Part shown: positions 57,278-64,000 of the stretch, piece by piece
How the letters are laid out: each line of letters opens with the position of its first letter
How positions within the stretch are numbered: position 1 is the first letter of the stretch
Source: Eledone cirrhosa
Taxonomy: Eukaryota
Assembly (NCBI GenBank): GCA_964016885.1
Contig: OZ024743.1
Coordinates: 68,076,001-68,140,000 of the forward strand
Reading direction: 5' to 3'
Length of the DNA: 64,000 nucleotides
The notes under the pieces: model-generated
What the model saw: only the letters and a program-made list of their open reading frames with translations
Databases searched by the model: none
What the model was told of the DNA's origin: nothing
Made by a program: the position numbers and the translations under genes

Positions 57278-60200
57278 CCTGGGTATGACATTAAACTACA
57301 TCCAGTGGCAAGGCTCCAGTTCGGGAGTTCAGGAGTTGTGGGGAATGTGGAGTTACCCCTTAGTTGTCATGACTCCCAGGTCTGCCCTGGTCTGGGGTGG
57401 TAGTACCTGTTAGGGCTCCATTTATGGGTTAAACAACTACCTTATTCCAGTTCGCCGGCAAGGTATTGTCAGCCATTGAAAAGAAATATGGAGAGTCGAT
57501 CTAACAGCACTAGGGTTAGAGCCCCTAATTACACTGTCAAGGAGCAGCCTAGTCGTTATGACTCTGCTGGCTTAGAGCCACAGAGAGGGCCAGTGGATGA
57601 TGGATCAGCTGTCTCTGAGACAAATATAAAGAATGCAGTTTTGTCCTGCAGAAGAGCCATCAAAATGGGCACCTTCAATGTGAGGACTATTCGGACGCTG
57701 GAGAAGAGAGAGGAGTTGGGACATCTGTTCGAGGAGAGTGGTATACAGATACTTGCGATCCAAGAACACAGGATCCTACACGATGAACTCATGAGGAGTG
57801 TGATGATCGGCAGTGAAGAACACAACAAATGCTGCAGTAGGAGGAGTGGGTTTTGTATTCAGTGCAAAAACCAATCTGTTGGTGAGGGAAATAATGCCTA
57901 TCTCCCCGCGAGTGTTGAGGGTGACCTTCAATGGAAACCCAAGACTGACAGTCATCTCAGCCTATAGTCCAACCGAGGGGGACAGTGATGTGTGTGCGGA
58001 AGTGTTCCATGAGGAGGTGTGTAGAGCTGTCAACACCACTCAGGCACACAATATCCTGCTTGTTTTGGGGGACTTCAATGCACATCTGAGTAAGGAGGGC
58101 AGTGAAGATCCTTGCTGGTACTTCCATAACAACACCAGCCGAAACGGAAGACTACTGAGAGACACCCTGCTGGAGGCGAACTTGATGGCGACCAACCTAA
58201 GGTTTAGGAAGAATCTGGGGAAGATGTGGAAATACATCTCAGATATGCACCTGTCCAAGTCCCAGATTGATTTCATTCTGGTGAGGAAAAAGTGGCGGAA
58301 TAGTGTTCTGAACACAGAGCCATACAACTATTTCAGTACACTGGGTAGTGACCACCGGCTTGTTATGAGTGAGGTCCGGGTGAGCTTAAGAAAGAGCAAG
58401 GCTCGGCACCGGAGAGCAATCTATGACTGGGGAGCTTTCAAGGAAGATGATAAGCTACAGGATAGGTTCACAGTGGAAATGAGAAACAGGTTTAATGCTC
58501 TGTGTGGAGAGTCAGAAGTGAGAGAGATTGGATGGACTGAAGAGAGTGTGACGAGGAGGTACGGGCACTTCACCAATGCAGTGGCGGAAGCAAGTGAAAC
58601 CCTGGTGCCGAGGAAAAAGCACAAAAGGAAGCACGTCAGCTCTGCAAACCCAAAAGTGTGTGCAGCCAGAGAACACATGAAAACTGCTAAGGACCAATTC
58701 TATGCTGATCCTACGGAGGAGAGGATGGAGACTGTGGAGGTGATGAGGGAAGAACTCTGTACCGCTTACACTGAAGTCAGAGAGGAGGCACTGATAGAGA
58801 AGATCAGAAGTGTGGAGAGAGCGGTTGACAGATCTGCATGTAAGGAGAGATGGATGATCATCAACGAGATCACAGGGAGGAAGAGAAGGTGTTCGAGTCA
58901 GATCCAGGGAACGGGGCCCGAGGATAGGAAGAGGAAATGGCTAGACCATTTTAGGATCCTACTAGGAGAGCCACCGTCCACAGCCCAGAGCACTGGGGAG
59001 ATCAGGCGGCTGTTTGAGGAACTGGATGTTGAGACAGCCCTTCACCAGAGAGGAGCTTCAGAGAGCCAAGAAGAGGATCAAGGAGGGCAAGGCTCATGGA
59101 GAAGATGGAGTGGCATCAGAGGTGATGAAGAGGTGTGATTTTGATGATATCATTCTGGGGTTCTGTATCAGGGCACTGGAGAAAGGAGTTACCCCGAATC
59201 AGTGGAGGATCAGTAACATCGTCCCAGTGCCAAAGAAGGGAGATCTCTCTAACACCAACAACTACAGGGGGATCTCACTGACGTCACTTGTGGCAAAGAC
59301 CCTCAACAGGATGATTCTTAACAGGATCCAGCCTGAGATGGAGAAGAAGCTCAGGGACAACCAGAACGGCTTCAGATAGGGTAGATCAACCACCAGTCAC
59401 ATCCTGATGCTGAGGAGGATATTAGAGGGAGCTAGAGCAAGGTGCCTTCCTGCGGTCATGGTTTTCATTGACTTTAGGAAGGCCTTTGATTCTGTGGACT
59501 GTTACTGACTCATGAAGATCTTACAGGCTTATGGAATCCCCAAGAGGATAGTGGACCTGATATCACTGCTCTACACCAACACCAAAGCCCAAATCATTAC
59601 ACCTGATGGGATGACAGAGTTCTTTGAGATACTGGCTGGAGTGCTCCAGGGAGATACATTGGCTCCCTACCTTTTTATCATCGTAGTGGACTATTGTATG
59701 GGCCTTGCAATGGAGAAACACCAGGACTCTGGCTTTACTGTGGCACCGGCTCAGAGCAGGAGAGTTAGGGCGAAAAGGGTATCGGATGCTGAATTTGCCG
59801 ACGACATAGTTTTGGTGACAAATACAGTGAAGGAGGCAGAGGATTTGATGCGGGAGGTTGAGACTGTGTCGTTGAGTATGGGCTGAGAATGAATGAGACT
59901 AAAACAAAATATATGGTAGAGAATGTTGAGAAGCCAGAGGGGATCACTAATGTAGGTGGGAAGCCGCTAGAATTGGTTCGGGGCTTCCTGTATTTGGGAG
60001 CAAAGTTTGAGAATACGGAAGATGATGTGGTTGAGAAGAAGAGCAAGGCCTGGGCGGCGTGCTACAGCTTGTGATCGGTGTGGAAGTCGGACCTTCGTAG
60101 AGACCTGAAAATCCGCCTCTTCATTGCTGTAGTGGAGTCTGTGCTGCTGTATGGGTCTGAGACTTGGACACTGACCATGAAACTCACTCAGATGGTGGAT

Positions 60201-60553
60201 GGGTGCTACACAAGAATTCTGAGGATGGCTCTGAACATTAATCAGTATACACTGAGGATGAAAAACTCAGAGCTGTATGGGAGCATCCCAAAAGTCAGCG
60301 CAAAAGTGACACAGAGGAGACTGAGGTTACCTGGACATGCTCACCGACATCCAGAGTTGACATTGCACTCAGTGCTCCTTTGGGGTCCCCTACATGGACA
60401 CACTAGAAGAGTAAGACCAAGGTTAACGTATGTTGATGCCCCAAGGACAGACACTGGTCTGTTGGAAACGCAGGACATGGCAGCGATAATGAGGGACAGA
60501 GACCGCTGGAGAGAACTCGTCCATGGATCTCGGGAAAATTACCCGCCTTAGAA
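57274..60553 (+). mobile_element. RTE-clade LINE, near full length, with stops and frameshifts
   Basis: GTFNVRT, AIQEHR, GGVGF, AYSPT, GDFNAH, IDFIL, SDHRLV; NYRGISLTS, NQNGFR, FIDFRKAFDSV, GVLQGDTLAP, FADDIVL, LLYGSETW; (TA)n on both sides. Confidence 0.92.
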
Positions 60554-60597
60554 ATATATATATATATATATATACAATAATATTAAATAAATGGAAA

Positions 60598-60903
60598 CTA
60601 TATTTATAAAACCATATTTATTCTATTATATATATTTCAAGGGTACCAAAGATTTGGTACGCTCTCATCGGATAAAATAAAAAGTTTGTTTTATAAATAT
60701 TGACATAACCAGGAAATAATAACTTAATAGTTCAAGTTTTTCCTGGATAATCTAGCCAGGAAAGACTTGAACTGTTAAGTTATTATTTCCTGGTTATGTC
60801 AATATTTATAAAACAAAGTTTGTATTTTATCTGATGAGGGCGTACCAATGTTTTGGCACCCTTGAAATATATATAATAGAATAAATATGATGTTATAAAT
60901 ATA
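60598..60903. mobile_element. Fold-back element with a hammerhead in each arm
   Basis: Centre ~60750. Plus 60823-60883: tattttat CTGATGA..GTACCAA..TTGGCAC..GAAA tatata TA atagaata. Minus 60619-60679 has CCGATGA. Confidence 0.82.
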
Positions 60904-60949
60904 TATATTTGTTGAATTACCAAAAAATTCAATATCCCATTTGCTTATA

Positions 60950-60980
<31 letters not shown>

Positions 60981-61029
60981 CCGCCCACACACATACACCC
61001 ACACATACACACACACACACAACACACAG

Positions 61030-61111
<82 letters not shown>

Positions 61112-61278
61112 ATCTTTAAGTCGTTTGGAAGCCTCGACAATGCAAATGGCTTCCAAACGACATAAAGATATTTACTTATTATTCCACAATGTTTCAAGCA
61201 AACTTCAATACTCTCATATATATATATATATATAATGCAATAAACAAATCCGGTGATTTAATCCGGCTTAACTACCAT

Positions 61279-61408
61279 TGGCCCTTGCCATTCTGAGTTC
61301 AAATCCTTCCGAGGTTTACTTTGCCTTTCATCATTACGGGGTCGATAAAATAAAATACCATTAATATACTGGGTAATTGCTGGCCTTGTGCCAAATGTAG
61401 AAACAATT
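61279..61408 (+). mobile_element. tRNA-derived SINE, 5'-truncated
   Basis: B-box-to-tail match. Confidence 0.8.
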
Positions 61409-61427
61409 ATTTGATATATATATATAT

Positions 61428-61558
<131 letters not shown>

Positions 61559-61730
61559 GGGAGAGAGAGAGAGAGAGATAATAAGCAGTCGACGGACCCA
61601 GCGTATTTATCAGTGCCAGGACCGGTTGTATCTCAACGTACTCAATAAGTAATGTAGTATACATTCCCTGAGTATACACATAGTTATTCGCTTCAATACA
61701 ACACACGTAAAACGGGTGCCTATAATAGTT

Positions 61731-61843
61731 ACCGGACTCGAGTTTCGGCCACACTTAATGCAGCAGTAGGGTGCACTGCACCCTCTGTCTGCATATATTA
61801 TACAACAATGCGTATAATCGGCGTATGTGGCTTCATCAGCGGT
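61731..61843 (-). ncRNA. Type I hammerhead ribozyme with branched stem II, within a ~500 nt element (61580-62075)
   Basis: accg CTGATGA a GCCACA..[two hairpins]..TGTGGC c GAAAC tcga GTC cggt. Confidence 0.88.
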
Positions 61844-62307
61844 TATCGCCTAATAAATAACCAATCGATTGACAGAATCCAAACACCAGCCCATGCCAGC
61901 TATTGTGGTTTGTGACGGCCGACACAGTAAAGTGATTAGCAACTGAAATGTGATACAATTCCCTCCACCGACCAGCCACCGATTTACAAACTTTACGTGG
62001 TTGCGGGAGAATAGAAAACAATATTTTCATTCCCGTCAAAACACTCAGCCAACGTGTCTCAAACACAAATTAATATTTATATCTATATATATATATAAAA
62101 ACAATGATTGCATAACTGCATCAATAATTGCGTAAATATCTAACGAAGTCACATGTATAACCATGTAACATAAATATATATAACGCAATGAAAGATTCAG
62201 GTGACTTCGTCAGATGTTTACGCAATTATTGGTGCACTTATGCAATCTTTGTTATATGTGTAACAACTAAAATAAACAACACTCTTGTACAATATATGTA
62301 TATATAC

Positions 62308-62380
<73 letters not shown>

Positions 62381-62401
62381 TATACATATATATATATACA
62401 C

Positions 62402-62507
<106 letters not shown>

Positions 62508-63895
62508 CGACTGGGCTACAGTCGTTTCGACAGCTAGATCCTGTGTTATTTGACAGCTATAAAGATGTTATTTGAGAGATACTTGGCTGTTATTTCTGTT
62601 ACGTCAGTCTAGCAGACTTATGAAAAAAGGACGTTCAATCAGTGATCGTCTCATCTTTTATCTAGATATAGATTGTCTGTTATCACATTATCCAATTTAT
62701 CGTTCCATCTTTTTTGACAGTAATATCTGATTAGAGATTGATTTGTCTCTACTTCCAGTTCGTCTAGCAACTACTAGCAACTACTAAAATCTCTTTTTTT
62801 GGTTCCCCGATATTATGTATGTTTATTCCAATTGAAACATATATCTAAATTTTACTTAATATATGTCATGTGTATGTTGGTTGACTGGCACTCGGGTTTC
62901 GCCAAGCCAGCGGCTAATTCGTCCGTAAAGAATGAATGAACCATATGACATATAATAAATATAACCGTGCTACATGTTTCTGTCCCCGTAACAGTAAATC
63001 ATTGATGCTATTTCTATACCAATAAATCCTAAATCCATAACACAACATTAATAAAGTTTACTTCAAAATTTCCTTTTTCTGTTCTTCTACAACTATCTGT
63101 ACCTTTTGAATCTGCTCGGTATATGTTGGAAAATATTTTCTTTTCCTTGTAGATTCAATCCATGTCTTCCTAACATTTATGGAAATAAAGTAAAAAGCAA
63201 ACTAAAGGATTATAGCTTCATATAACCATACAAAATAAAAATAACATTTTTGCTTTAGCCCAAATATATTCTCATTATTTATTAATAAGAACGTTATGTT
63301 ATATAAATGTATGAAAATGTGTCTCTCAGTGTATGTGAGATTGAATGAGCATGTGTGCGTTTGATCGTGTAGGTGTGAGTGCATGGTTTTATGGATACAC
63401 ACATATACATGGATACACATACACATACACATGGAAGCACTCAAACACCCACCCACGCCATATTACATCAGTCAATCAGTGTGTTATTGAAGTCAATAAA
63501 GCTAGTGAGTATTTTCATCCCACAATTTAACCGTCCATGTGTTGGCTGACATAGCTCTAGATTTGGAGGATTCAATCTGATTGCCAAGTTCAGTGAGATA
63601 GCAGGCTATCATAAATGTCACTATATGTATGAATGCGTGTATCTATGCATACGCGCGCGCGCGCGCGTGTGTGTCTGTGTGTGTATGTGTGTGTGTGTGA
63701 AAGTAAGTAGCTTCTGCGGTGAAAAGCTACATCAATTCATGGTTTAATTACATAATAGACGGTTATCACGTGCCAATAAACCCTGGAGTCTGGAAATGGA
63801 ACCAAATATATGCCTCATGTCGCGCAGCCAGACAATAGACTTTGCATTTACTACTTACAAATAGAGAGATAAATCGACACGTCAAAGAGGTAATT

Positions 63896-63959
<64 letters not shown>

Positions 63960-64000
63960 TATATTTAGAGTTATAAACTCAAACAGTCCTTTACAATTAA

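Noticed and set aside
62105-62250. Inverted repeat containing CTGACGA/CTAACGA
   Set aside because: Real ~45 bp inverted repeat, but only a possible 5' half-ribozyme; no GAAA half, so not called.

Overview
This is a eukaryotic, gene-free, repeat-saturated window. The tRNA-derived SINE family and the extreme (TA)n/(CA)n/(AG)n microsatellite load suggest a cephalopod (Octopus-like) genome. No host exon could be supported, and nearly all short ORFs in the track are microsatellite artefacts. Recognisable mobile elements are: two Penelope-like elements (PLEs; RT+GIY-YIG) plus further GIY-YIG fragments, a full-length decayed Tc1 transposon, L1-Tx1, CR1-group, RTE and R4/Dong-like LINEs, non-autonomous Helitrons and two SINE families. 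The main hidden signal is non-coding. By eye there are about 30 complete or near-complete type I hammerhead ribozyme (HHR) motifs, plus several half-ribozymes, in more than a dozen short unrelated families. Most are embedded in (TA)n and arranged either as ~460-560 nt tandem arrays (retrozyme-like) or as fold-back inversions. Several have non-canonical cores (U3-A8, A4, C.A at the base of stem II) or very large branched stem II insertions with compensatory changes. One array ends 2 nt from its predicted self-cleavage site. All ribozyme calls are manual base-pairing predictions; none has been tested computationally or experimentally.
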